Of a DNA stretch of 64,000 nt, positions 13,249 to 24,591 are shown piece after piece. The stretch's first letter is position 1. Each line of letters starts with the position of its first letter. Source of the stretch: Phyllobates terribilis (Eukaryota); assembly GCF_046119375.1 (NCBI RefSeq), contig NW_027362768.1, positions 311,798,001 to 311,862,000 of the forward strand. The letters run 5' to 3'. The notes under the pieces are model-generated. The model was not told the origin of the DNA and searched no databases. It saw nothing but the letters and a program-made list of their open reading frames with translations. Made by a program: the position numbers and the translations under genes.

Positions 13249-14174
13249 TGTAACGGGTCTGGGAGGCGAAACCTCTGAGCAACTTATACAAGGGGGCGGT
13301 CCTTGTAAGGAAGCGGGTGGCGACCAGGGAAGACAGGCAGGTAGTCACAGCAGGTGACCGGGACAGTCTCTGGGTAAACGGGCAGGAGGTCACGGCAAGT
13401 GACCGGGACAGTCTCTGGGTAAACGGGCAGGAGGTCACAGCAAGTGACCGGGGCAGTCTCTGGGTGAACGGGCAGGAGGTCACGGCAAGTGACGGCGGAG
13501 CCTCCAGGTAGGCTAACAGGCAGGTAGCAGATGAGCGCTCCCAGGTGAGCGGGCAAGAGTCTCTGGACTGGCAGGTGGTCACAGCACGTGACGGCGGAGC
13601 CTCCAGGTAGGCTAACAGGCAGGTAGCAGATGAGCGCTCCCAGGTGAGCGGGCAAGAGTCTCTGGACTGGCAGGTGGTCACAGCACGTGACGGCGGAGCC
13701 TCCAGGTAGGCTAACAGACAGGTAGCAGGTGAGCGCTCCCAGGTGAGCGGGCAAGCTGGTCCATAGACAGACTGACAGATGTCGGAAGGCAGACCGTCGG
13801 ACCTCAGGCTAGCAAGCAGGTAAGCGGATAACAGGCAGGAATCAGACAGCAAACTGGCAGGAAACTGGCAGGTAACTGGAAACGGGACCTGAGGGCTGAA
13901 GCAGAGTAGTGAACAGTGCAACAACATTGCTCGGGCACCTCCATTTTGGAGGAGGTGCCTTATATATGGTGAAGTCCTCCGGCCATTGGCCGGGGACTCC
14001 TTAGGACGGCGCGCGCGGCCCCTTTAAGAGGGAGGGAATGCGCGCGCCCTAAGCACCGTGGCCGGGAAGGAGCGCGCGCTGCCAGCAGAGCGGGAGGAGG
14101 ACGCCGGGCTCGGAGCGGAGAGGTGAGGGGAACAGCCTCCCTGCCTAGCAGAGGGCAGGGACGCCGACGCTACA
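13249..14174 (-). repeat. 5' LTR of family B
   Basis: Near-identical to 8111-9034; TATATAA at 13966-13960 on the minus strand. Confidence 0.95.
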
Positions 14175-15697
14175 ACAGTCTTCTCCTCATGGCTAAAATA
14201 TGAGAGTAGATGTTTCAGCTCTGTGACAAACACAAGAGGGGTCTTCTGGCATCTCTCAGGGGTATCTGGGTGAAGGTCAAGACTTCTCTCAGGAGTGATA
14301 GGTGTTCTTTAGCACTATGCTCTGCTACATCGATACCTAAAATGGGATTAAGGGAACAATACGCTCCTGGGAGTTCTCCCGGTGCAGTTATTCAACATCC
14401 TGGCACTGGATATCTTCCCTGTCCCAACAACTCCTGTTCCTTTAGGGTGACCTCCCCCTGTTAACCTTCCTCAGCTGCCTAGCAAGTTCCTATTGCATAG
14501 GCAATGCCTTGACTCTCTTGAGCCCCACAAAATGAATGCAATTTTTCTTTAGTATGCTTCTAGTCAATTGCTTCTGATTCCCATACAGACACCCCTTCCA
14601 GTTTTTCACAATACAAAAGAGTAACACACAGCCCTCGCAGCTACTTATTCTCCTATACATAGCTTCAAACAGACTGCACAGAGACAAAGGCTCATCGTGT
14701 ATAGTTGGCTTGAACTAATTCAGGATTTCTGGAGTAACATCCCAGTTTGCCAGCCTCATGCCTCATCATGAAACTGCCCATCCCTGGGTTTGGTACTCCC
14801 CGTTGCCACATACTACCGATTAAGATATGTAGGCAACCACAACCAGCTGGAACTTCAAGGCCTAGGTGCACAATATATACCTATCCACACCTTTCTACCT
14901 ATCTTATTCCATGCCGAAAAACCAGCTCACTTGTAGATATGGCTCTATTATCAAAGGGAAAATGTTAATACACTTAGGAAAACTAAACGTCAAACTAAGG
15001 TTCACTGTTTTAAGTTGTATCCTGCATCAAGATTTAAACAAAACTAGGTTATCCGTCCAAACTTAAAGGTCTAAGCACACAGTATAACACGACACTCCAT
15101 CGTGTACGTCCGTTACCTGTCCATGCTTCTCTGCCTGTCTTAGCTCACGTAATACACCCTTTGTTCAATCCAAAATGCACAGAAAAAAAAAAAACAACAA
15201 ACCATTAACAAATTATCCGACTGAACTTCAAGGCCTAGGAGCACAATATATGCCTGTCCACACCTTTCTACCTATCTTAGTCCATGCAGCAAAACCAGCT
15301 CATCCACGGATGTGGCTCTATTACCAAATGAAAACAAAAACATTCCTGTGATCTGTGCTACTCTTAACCTTATGAATCCTATGGAAAAACTGGAGCTAAA
15401 AATAAAAGTACCAGCAAATAAACCTCATTTACTTGACAGGGGGTCTGATAGAAAACAGAAAACAACCAGCATACTAACAAATCCTGTTATAAATTGCATA
15501 CACATTGAGACCCCTATGAAGCCATTCTGCCACCTGTCTGAGCCTCACAGGTCTAACGATATATTTAAACTGTAAAAGAACAAACCTAGTAAACAACAGA
15601 ACAGTAAAATAAACTAATAAGACAAAACAACTGTATACATATAGAACAGTACAGGTCTGTTAGAAACTCTGCAGATTGAGTTTAAATCAAGGCCTTA

Positions 15698-16951
15698 CTA
15701 GGGAGCAAAATTTACCCTTTCATCCCTTGCTTGTAGTCGGCCATTTTGACACATCTGCACTTGGTGGGGCACATGAGACAGAGAGAAAATACTATTTTGT
15801 CTCTGTAAATGTCTGCTCTCCATGCTGGACTTCTCACAATTAATTCTCCAATGACAATTCCTTGCAATGTGCCCAAAGTGACCACATTTAAAACATTTAA
15901 CAGAGCAATATTTCCTCTCTCTCCTTGTACCTGACAATTTGCAGTACCTGGCAATATGACCTGAGCCATCACAGGCATAACATCTAATGGATGCCATGCT
16001 TGATGTAGGGCCCTTAACAGAACATACTTCCATTTGTCTGGATAGTTTAAACTGTTCCATCACTAGGGATGCACTTTTAACAATTTTACGTTTGCATTTT
16101 CTCATTATTTTACACTTGTCGTTACATTTATTGATTGGATCAAAATTTGATGAAATATTTGATCCATCACTCCCCCCTTTTTGCCCTGCACAGGGCACAA
16201 TTGGTAGAGAATCTGGCCTTGGTCTCAGAGACAAAGAGAAGGCCGGCACCATGTTTGAAAAATCATTGATGATATTTTGCAAATTTTTAATCAATTGGGA
16301 TCTAGTATCAAGATCAACACTCAACTGATTGATTATGGCATCACTAGCTGCTGCCTTGTCCTTAAAAGCTTTGATCTCAGCCTCAGACCGAGTCAGCTGT
16401 GCACCAATATCAAGACAATGATTTTTCATCTCAAGCAGTTGCGATTCAAGCATGCAGATCTGCTCATCTCTATCCATATCACATTTACCATTCCCTGCCA
16501 ATTGTGTCTGTAAGGCACAAACTCTCTGCAAATTTGTTACACAACACTGGCAGTGAAACTTTGGGGGATCTTCCTTACACAGTGAGTCCTCATATACACA
16601 AATCAGTTTTGCTAGCATGTGGAGCCGTTTGCTTGTTTTATTCAAAACAGACAGTCTGTCTATACACATGCTATCATGAGCACATGCTTGCTCCAATAGA
16701 GCAGACCACAGCAATTCTGCAGATTTGGGTGTACTGGGGTGCACTGGGTTAAATTTACTGTGTTTTGCCAAGCATTTCAGGGTGGATAAATCCATACTCA
16801 CTCTTCCTGGAGCCATCACGGTCATCCTCCTTGTCCCTTCTGTGCTGCTTGAAAAAGGTCCTTTTACCTCCGGAACGCCTTTTCCTGACCAGCTGGACTT
16901 TCTCTTGAGAACGACTATGCCTCTTTGGAAGAATGCCTTGGTATAGATCAC
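15698..16951 (-). CDS. Gag-like protein: coiled coil plus two CCHC zinc knuckles (417-codon ORF with a GTG start; first ATG about 42 codons in)
   Basis: CYACDGSGHIARYC and CFKCGHFGHIARNC; central heptad-like region; lies downstream of the PBS in element C. Confidence 0.75.
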   Translation of the reverse strand: MIYTKAFFQRGIVVLKRKSSWSGKGVPEVKGPFSSSTEGTRRMTVMAPGRVSMDLSTLKCLAKHSKFNPVHPSTPKSAELLWSALLEQACAHDSMCIDRLSVLNKTSKRLHMLAKLICVYEDSLCKEDPPKFHCQCCVTNLQRVCALQTQLAGNGKCDMDRDEQICMLESQLLEMKNHCLDIGAQLTRSEAEIKAFKDKAAASDAIINQLSVDLDTRSQLIKNLQNIINDFSNMVPAFSLSLRPRPDSLPIVPCAGQKGGSDGSNISSNFDPINKCNDKCKIMRKCKRKIVKSASLVMEQFKLSRQMEVCSVKGPTSSMASIRCYACDGSGHIARYCKLSGTRRERKYCSVKCFKCGHFGHIARNCHWRINCEKSSMESRHLQRQNSIFSLSHVPHQVQMCQNGRLQARDERVNFAP

Positions 16952-17493
16952 CCCAAATGCTCAAAGATTATAAAGCAAACAGAAAAACGTTAAAAAAAAA
17001 TCAGAAGAAAACAAAAGATTGGGTTCTCTGTTATAGATTTTGTCCCGTGTACAGCTCATGCTGAAAAGCTGTGTCATTCGTCTGAACTTTCAGCGCTCTG
17101 AACACACAGAATTACACAACAGTTCACTCTGTATCAATGTAATCTGTCCATGTCCCCCTGGCCTGATCAGTTCACAAACAATGACCACAAATAATCACAG
17201 AGCAAAACACAAAAAACAAAATCACAACAGTTGGGCCTGGCTCGCCATTGTTAAAAGGGCGAGTTCAAAAGAAAACAAAAGATTGGGTTCTTCTGTTGTG
17301 GATTTTGTACTGTGTATCACTCAGGCTGAAGAGCTGCGTCGCTCATCCGAACTATCAGGGCACCGAACGCACAGAATAGCACAACACTTCACCGTGTATC
17401 AATGCTATCTCTGTCCACGTCCCTCCGGCCTGATCAGCTCACGGACACAGGTCTTCACAGAGTGAAACACGAAAACTAAATCAACAGTTAGGC

Positions 17494-17504
17494 CTGGCTC
17501 GCCA
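17494..17504 (-). promoter_or_regulatory. Primer-binding site, tRNA-Arg(ACG) type
   Basis: Minus strand TGGCGAGCCAG, 1 nt from the LTR end, complementary to the 3' end of vertebrate tRNA-Arg(ACG) (...CTGGCTCGCCA). A second copy lies at 17237-17247. Confidence 0.75.
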
Positions 17505-17505
17505 T

Positions 17506-18093
17506 TGTTAAAGGACGAGTTTCCCTCCAAAAATATCAGTTATTAATGGGGGACTCTCCTACACCTCTATTGAGGTCCGATATTAACTATTAACATCAAA
17601 CTTGACTATTAATAATTAATATCCACTAACGTTATCTGTGCCTTATACTATATACCAACTGAGACAAAACCGTGTGCTAATAAAAGGTATTTATTCCACA
17701 AAAGTCTACAGTTAATATACTACTATTTATCCCACTAACACAGTACACAATAATAATAACAATATACAATTCCCAATTACCTATTTTCCACCCATGTTTC
17801 CTAATCACTCATGCGGTCCACCCAAATATACTAACTTTCCCTATATATATATACAGATACAAGGATATCAATATCTAGGAGGGTTAGTACAGGGTATGTA
17901 GGGCTAGTAAGTAAAGAGTTACAGGGGAAGAGAGATACTCAGCCATGTGTTGTTATGCCCATGTCTCCAAGAGTCCAAAAAAGGCTAGCACATGAGTGCT
18001 CTGGGGTTTTAAGTCCAGCACAGGAAATGATGTATTATTCCCTGCCCACTGGCCTAAGGTCTTTGTTCATGTCCAACCATACTCGCAAAACCT
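17506..18093 (-). repeat. 5' LTR of element C
   Basis: Direct repeat of 6282-6868 with the PBS adjacent; the terminal base differs (AG instead of TG on the minus strand). Confidence 0.8.
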
Positions 18094-19209
18094 GTTTTAG
18101 TACATGGCTGGACATTTTGTTGATCCTGCCCCCAACAGCAGCAAACAGACTGAAACACATAAGGAGATGGGGGCCAATATATACATGTATACTTATCTGC
18201 AAGCATGGCTAGCATGTAGATACATATATACATGTACAACCTAGGACACATCCCTTTACAGCGACTATATGATCATGCAAATATTCAAAGAACATATATT
18301 TTTATATAAGGCTAGACACATGTCGCTATCCGTCTCTCCATTACTTTTTTTGTAGAAAATCAGGACCATATAACAACCTACATATGAATACCAAGGTATT
18401 CACTAGATCACTCACATGAATAGTAAAATACATTTTTATTAAGTACACCTTAAAAAAAGCATATTATGCAACAAGTACACATATATGAGGAATTTAAAGA
18501 GGAAGGATCAAGAAAAGAAAGACAGTGGTGAGTTCTAATGGCTATGGTTAGTATTTGTTACATACAGTATATTCAAAGATGGCTGCCAGACATTTATACA
18601 TATACACAGTCTGTAATTGACCCCCCAAAAAGCAGGCAAAGCCATACTAAATTATTTATTTACAAAGTTTTAAATTATTTTTAACCACTAGATTCTAAAA
18701 AAAAAATCGTTATAAGTTTGCTGCCACCGTATTCTAACTGACCTAAAGAATAATATTGTCAGGCCATTTTTTACCAAATAATGAATGCTGTCATGAATTG
18801 TGTTTTTTTCACCATTTTCCACTTTTGGAATTTTTTTTTCCCATTTTCAGTACATTATATGGTAAAGTGGATGGTGTTATTCAAAACTACAACTCGATCC
18901 GCAAAAAATCAAGTCCTCAAATGACTATGGAAACCAAGAAATAAAAGGATATGGCTCCTGGAAGAAAGGGAGTAAAAAATGAAAGCTCAAAGATAGAAAT
19001 TTTCCCAGTCATTATATCATTAAATAAGTCTGGGGTAGACATATATAAAGTAATTCGGGCAGATAGACCATGAGGTCTATTTATGCCGCCAGCCTTCTAG
19101 CTTTCTTCTGTTCCTATACAGTGCGCACTTTCTAGTGGTAGCTCCACGTAAACAAAATTGTATAATTTTCGTGATATAGCTATACATTTACATATTAGAT
19201 CATGATATA

Positions 19210-20840
19210 CAGTACAGACCAAAAGTTTGGACACACCTTCTCATTTAAAGATTTTTCTGTATTTTCATGACTTTGAAAATTGTACATTCACACTGAAGGC
19301 ATCAAAACTATGAATTAACACATGTGGAATTATATACTTAACAAAAAAGTGTGAAACAACTGAAAATATGTCTTATATTTTAGGTTCTTCAAAGTAGCCA
19401 CCTTTTGCTTTGATGACTGCCTTGCACACTCTTGGCATTCTCTTGATAAGCTTCAAGAAGTAGTCGCCGGAAATGGTTTTCACTTCACAGGTGTGCCCTG
19501 TCAGGTTTAATAAGTGGGATTTCTTGCCTTATAAATGGGGCTGGGACCAACAGTTGTGTTGTGCAGAAGTTAGGTGGATACACAGGTGATAGTCCTACTG
19601 AATAGACTGTTAGAATTTGTATTATGGCAAGAAAAAAGCATCTAAGTAAAGAAAAACGAGTGGCCATCATTACTTTAACAAATGAAGGTCAGTCAGTCCG
19701 AAAAATTGGGAAAACTTTGAAAGTGTCCCCAAGTGCAGTTGCAAAAACCATCAAGCGCTACAAAGAAACTGGCTCACATGAGGACCGCCCCAGGAAAGGA
19801 AGACCAAGAGTCACCTCTGCTTCTGACGATAAGTTTATCCGAGTCTCCAGCCTCAGAAATCGCAGGTTAACAGCAGCTCAGATTAGAGACTAGGCCAATG
19901 CCATACAGAGTTCTAGCAGCAGACACATCTCTACAACAACTGTTAAGAGGAGACTTTGTGCAGCCGGCTTTCATGATAAAATAGCTGCTAGGAAACCACT
20001 GCTAAGGACAGGCAACAAGTAGAAGAGACAAGTTTGGGCTAAAGAACACAAGGAATGGACATTAGACCAGTGGAAATCTGTGCTTTGGTCTGATGAGTCC
20101 AAATTTGAGATCTTTGGTTCCAACCACCGTGTCTTTGTGCGATGCAGAAAAGGTGAATGGATGGACTCTACATGCCTGGTTCCCACCATGAAGCATGGAG
20201 GAGGAGGTGTGATGGTGTGGGGGTGCTTTGCTGGTGACACTGTTGGGGATTTATTCAAAATTTAAGGCATACTGAACTAGCATGGCTGCCACAGCATCTT
20301 GCAGCGGCATGCTATTCCATCCGGTTTGCGTTTAGTTGGACCATCATTTATTTTTCAACAGGACAATGACCCCAAACACACCTCCAGGCTGTGTAAGGGC
20401 TATTTGACCAAGAAGGAGAGTGATGGGGTGCTGCGCCAGATGACCTGGCCTCCACAGTCACCAGACCTGGAACCCAATCGAGATGGTTTGGGGTGAGCTG
20501 GACCGCAGAGTGAAGGCAAAAGGGCCAACAAGTGCTAAGCATCTCTGGGAACTCCTTCAAGATTGTTGGAAGACCATTTCCGGTGACTACCTCTTCAAGC
20601 TCATCAAGAGAATGCCAAGAGTGTGCAAAGCAGTCATCAAAGCAAAAGGTGGCTACTTTGAAGAACCTAGAATATAAGACATATTTTCAGTTGTTTCACA
20701 CTTTTTTGTTAAGTATATAATTCCACATGTGTTAATTCATAGTTTTTTTGCCTTCAGTGTGAATGTACAATTTTCATAGTCATGAAAATACAGAAAATTT
20801 TTTAAATAGGAAGGTGTGTCCAAACTTTTGGTCTGTACTG
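19210..20840 (+). mobile_element. Tc1-like DNA transposon with disrupted transposase
   Basis: TIR CAGTACAGACCAAAAGTTTGGACAC at both ends, TA TSD; ORF fragments with WSDESKF and FQQDNDPKH. Confidence 0.95.
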
Positions 20841-22548
20841 TATGTTCCATGTACAACAGGAAGAAAATCAAAGAAATCATAGAACAGAGAAGAGAAATGG
20901 AGAAAGAGCTGAGCGTGATACAGAAAACTTTGTAAGTGCTTTTTTTTCAGGTAGAGATGATATAAAACCTGTCTGCACATACTATATATCTGTCTATGCT
21001 ACATTTGTGTGATGTCGATGGAAAATGTTGGCAAAGTATTTTGGATGGAGGCCAACGGGTGGAATTTGTTCACTAATGCTCTTCAAATTTCTGGTATTTA
21101 TACATTTACATATGAGATGATGATATATGTTCCATGTACAACAGGAAAAAAAATCAAACAACTGATAGAGAGAATAGAAAAAGAGGAGAAAGAGCTGAAC
21201 GCGGTACAGTAAACTTTGTAAGGGCGTTTTTTTTTCAGGCAGAGATGATATAGAACCTTTCTCCACATACTATATATATGTCTACGCTGAGTTATTATTC
21301 AGTGTGTGAAGGTCATTTCTCAGTTTATGAGGTTTATAGGACACGTGAATAAGATGAATTTTATTTATTTGACTCTTTAAAGAACAGGAAAAATAAAACA
21401 TGGCCCAGCATTTTTATATGGCTCCTTTAGAAAAGCACGAGTTATAATTATAAGTATGTATAGTTTCTATGTATATAGTGTGTGTATGTAAATAGTGTGT
21501 ATATTGTACAATATATAGTGTGTGTATTATACAGTATATAGTGTGTGTATTATACAGTAAATAGTGTGTATGTATACAGTATATAGTGTGTGTATTGTAT
21601 AGTATATTGATAAAAATCAATCATTAGTATTACAAAAAGTCTCAGTGTAACTCTCGCCTAACATACAGGATGATGTCTGTTTCATGTACTATAGAGAGGA
21701 GACGCCAGAAAGATAAAGCAGGAGGAGACAATGAATGAGAAGTTCGTAGTTATGTAAGTGCAGATATTTACTGTTAATATAAGAAGATATAAATGTGTTC
21801 CTATAAGAGAAATGGAACATAGTTGCAACATAATTTATTCTCATCCCTTCCATAACCCATACCCGTCACATTTGTGTGGTTTTCCAATATAAAAAAATGT
21901 GGCCAATGATGAGAAATTGCACAAGGACAGTGACTAGCTTCAGTGGTCCCGCTGGTAGTTGTTAAATTCTGTACTGCAGCAATGAAGTTATCTTGTGAGC
22001 AATGGCTCTTTTATTATTTTACACCATTTTCTTTGTTTTGGTCCTATTATACAAATTCTCTTGAAAATGTCACTGTCTCAATAGTCTTCTGTTTGCCTAT
22101 GAGGCCGTCAGCTATGGGCCGTCAGTACCTCGAGGTCTGTACTTGGACCGCGCTTCACAGACTTCTGAGCAAGGCATTAATGTATTCTAAAACATTGTAG
22201 ACCCTGCAGCCCCGATCTGCATGGCCACTACTAAGTAACAGTCAGATATGCTGCGTAGAGGGAGATATCCTAGCACCACTCATCAATCACTTGTTGCAGG
22301 TTACCATGCGGCATTACAGTTTACATACTCCTAGACTCCTACGGAGGTGCATAAATAGCCCAGTCTATTTGGACCCGTAGAAGCGCCGTAAGGATGTGAA
22401 ATGGCCGTAGTCCACCACACCTCCCCCGCATACCCTCCCTATGCATCCTGCCTCTTGCACTGATGTCCCGTATTGAGCAATAAAGGACGTTGTTTTAGTC
22501 AAAGGCTCGGTGAGTGCTGCTGCCTTTCACTTTACTTTATTTGATATA

Positions 22549-23504
22549 CAGTGCTGTGCAAATTAATTGGGACAAAGCATTTTTTAAGTAAAATCGTAAG
22601 TTGGTCACCAGTCAGTGATTCAAACCAGTTTTAACTGTTTTGAACAGGTGTGAGTGTACAACCTTGAGTAACAAAATGTGGTTTGACTGGTTTTAGTCAG
22701 AAAATAACAGCTAGCTGCCCCCCTCAGCTTTAGTTGAGAGCTTGTTTCTGTGAGGAGTGGTTTAGTGTACTTTTTCTCTCAGTGTGATTCGTGCCTGTAA
22801 AAATGGATGTTACTCCACAGAAGAGGTCTAGAATTATTACTCTTAATGAGCATACAAGTCTGACTGTAAGAAAAATCGCTTCCACCGTTGGTATTGGAAA
22901 ATCTACCGTTTCAAGAATAATTCGCAGACACAATGAAACTGGATCTTTTTCTCCAAAACGAAAAGGGAAATGTGGAAGAAAAAGTAAAACGACACCAAGA
23001 ACTGGGAGCTTATTTCCTGTTGATGGTATGATGAATTCATCCAAATACATAGTCCTTTTAAAACGTTTTATTGTGCCATTCATGCGTAATTTGAAGGGAC
23101 ATTCCAACAAGATTTGGCTCCATGCCACAATTCCAAGTGTGTGAAGAAATCCCTGGTAGAAAATAAAGTAAAAGTGCTGGACTGGCCTGGCAATTCTCCA
23201 GACTTAAATCCTATAGAAAATTTGTGGAGCATTGTGAAGAGACGTCTTGGCAAAATGGACTGTAGAACCAAAGAACGAATGATAAACAGTGCCATACAAG
23301 TGTGGTTCCATGATGAAGAATTGAAGAATTTATGCAAAAACTTGGTAGAATCAATGCCAAAACGCATTGAAAATCTCATATCTGCTAAAGGAGGACATAT
23401 TTCTTACTAAAATTAGTATGTAACCGTGCATTATAACATTTTATTATTAAATATTCAAAAATATGTGTTTTTTTGCTTTGTCCCAATTAGTTTGCACAGC
23501 ATTG
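22549..23504 (+). mobile_element. Internally deleted Tc1/mariner element
   Basis: TIR of about 30 bp CA(G/A)TGCTGTGCAAA.TAATTGGGACAAAGC, TA TSD; N-terminal HTH fragment and C-terminal WPGNSPDLNPIENLW. Confidence 0.92.
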
Positions 23505-23547
23505 TAGGTAACAGTCAGTGTTAGCTAATCAGTGGAGTCTCTTTGGA

Positions 23548-23787
23548 TTCCTTACAATCTGGCAAATTCCTGACTTCCTGAGGATAGCTCATCAATAGCT
23601 TGTGACTGGAATGTACTTTAACATTATTGTTTGTTATATCTCCACTCTATGTAGGAAACTTCCTTACCATCTGGCAACTTCCTTACCATCTTGCAACACT
23701 GTCTGACAACTTCCTTACCATCTGGAAACTTCCTTACCATCAGGCAGCACCATCTAACAACTTTCTTACTATCTAACGTGCGTTTTT
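23548..23787. repeat. Short fragment of the compound CCATCTGGCAAC satellite
   Basis: Same core of about 90 bp and TTCCTTACCATCTGGCAAC subunits as 25411-28050. Confidence 0.85.
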
Positions 23788-24255
23788 GGCTGTGTTTTTG
23801 CCTGCGTTTTGCATGCGTTTTTACACACAAATTAAGCTAGTTGAAGAATAAAATCTTTTTTGATGTCCTTTCCTTGTTCAAACCCTTCTTCATTCTCAGT
23901 TTTGGAAGTGAAAATGCTGAGCATAGAACCTCTGATCCAGCTCTGCGGCCATATCTGCATCTATTACTAATCACAGTAATTGATCTACTGTGTCGTCGCA
24001 CAAATAAGGTAATGTGAAGTATATGTATAGTTTACATGTCTCTTTTTTTTTTGCTGTGGTGTGCAGTAACCAATAGTCTATCTTATAGGAGCAGTCCAGA
24101 AGGCAGAAAAAGATGTGGGTTCACCCAATTATAATGGACCACAGTGAGAAAGGGCACTTCCATGTTTTCCTGTTGCAGGGTACCATGCGGCATTACAGTT
24201 TACATACTCCTAGACTCTTACGGAGGTGCATAAATAGCCCAGTCCATGCAAATAT

Positions 24256-24591
24256 CAAACAAAGTAAAGAGAAAAGCAGCACTCACCGAGTCTTTGAATA
24301 AAACAACTTCCTTTATTGCTCAATACGGGACATCAGTGCAAGCGGCAGGAAGCATAGGGAAGGTATGCAGGGAACGTGTGGTGGACTATGGCCGTTTTGC
24401 AGCCTTCAGGCGCTTCTACTTGGACCTGTAGAAGCGCCTGAAGGCTGCGATACAGCCGTAGTCCACCACACCTCCCCTGCATACCCTCCCTATGCTCCCT
24501 GCCGTTTGCACTGATGTCCTGTATTGAGCAATAAAGGACGTTGTTTTATTCAAAGACTCGGTGAGTGTTGCCTTTCACCTTACTTTGTTTG
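24256..24591. repeat. Long palindrome (arms of about 163 bp, 8-nt loop); possible Penelope-like terminal repeat
   Basis: CAAACAAAGTA...CGCTTCTAC / GTAGAAGCG...TACTTTGTTTG. The right arm alone is also present at about 22370-22548. Confidence 0.8.

Larger units (their letters stand above)
8111..14174 (-). mobile_element. Full-length Tf1/sushi-like Gypsy chromovirus, family B
   Basis: LTRs at 8111-9034 and 13249-14174 (TG...CA, only a handful of differences); TSD ACAGT at 8106-8110 and 14175-14179; gag with CCHC, protease DSGA, RT YLDD, RNaseH, integrase and chromodomain. Confidence 0.97.
6282..18093 (-). mobile_element. LTR retroelement family C, gag-only and probably non-autonomous; interrupted by Gypsy B
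   Basis: Two direct repeats of about 587 bp (6282-6868, 17506-18093), a tRNA-Arg-type PBS beside the right repeat, a purine tract GGCAGGGAAGAA (minus strand) beside the left repeat, and an internal CCHC gag-like ORF. No TSD was found. Confidence 0.75.

Noticed and set aside
14849-15326. Direct repeat of about 105 bp (about 14849-14952 and 15222-15326) as the LTRs of a mini-element
   Set aside because: No TG...CA ends, PBS or TSD; more likely an internal duplication in element C.
17237-17504. tRNA gene
   Set aside because: Only 11 nt match a tRNA 3' end including CCA; there is no cloverleaf or A/B box, so it is a PBS.
21460-21610. TA/TG-rich low-complexity tract
   Set aside because: An ordinary degenerate micro/minisatellite.
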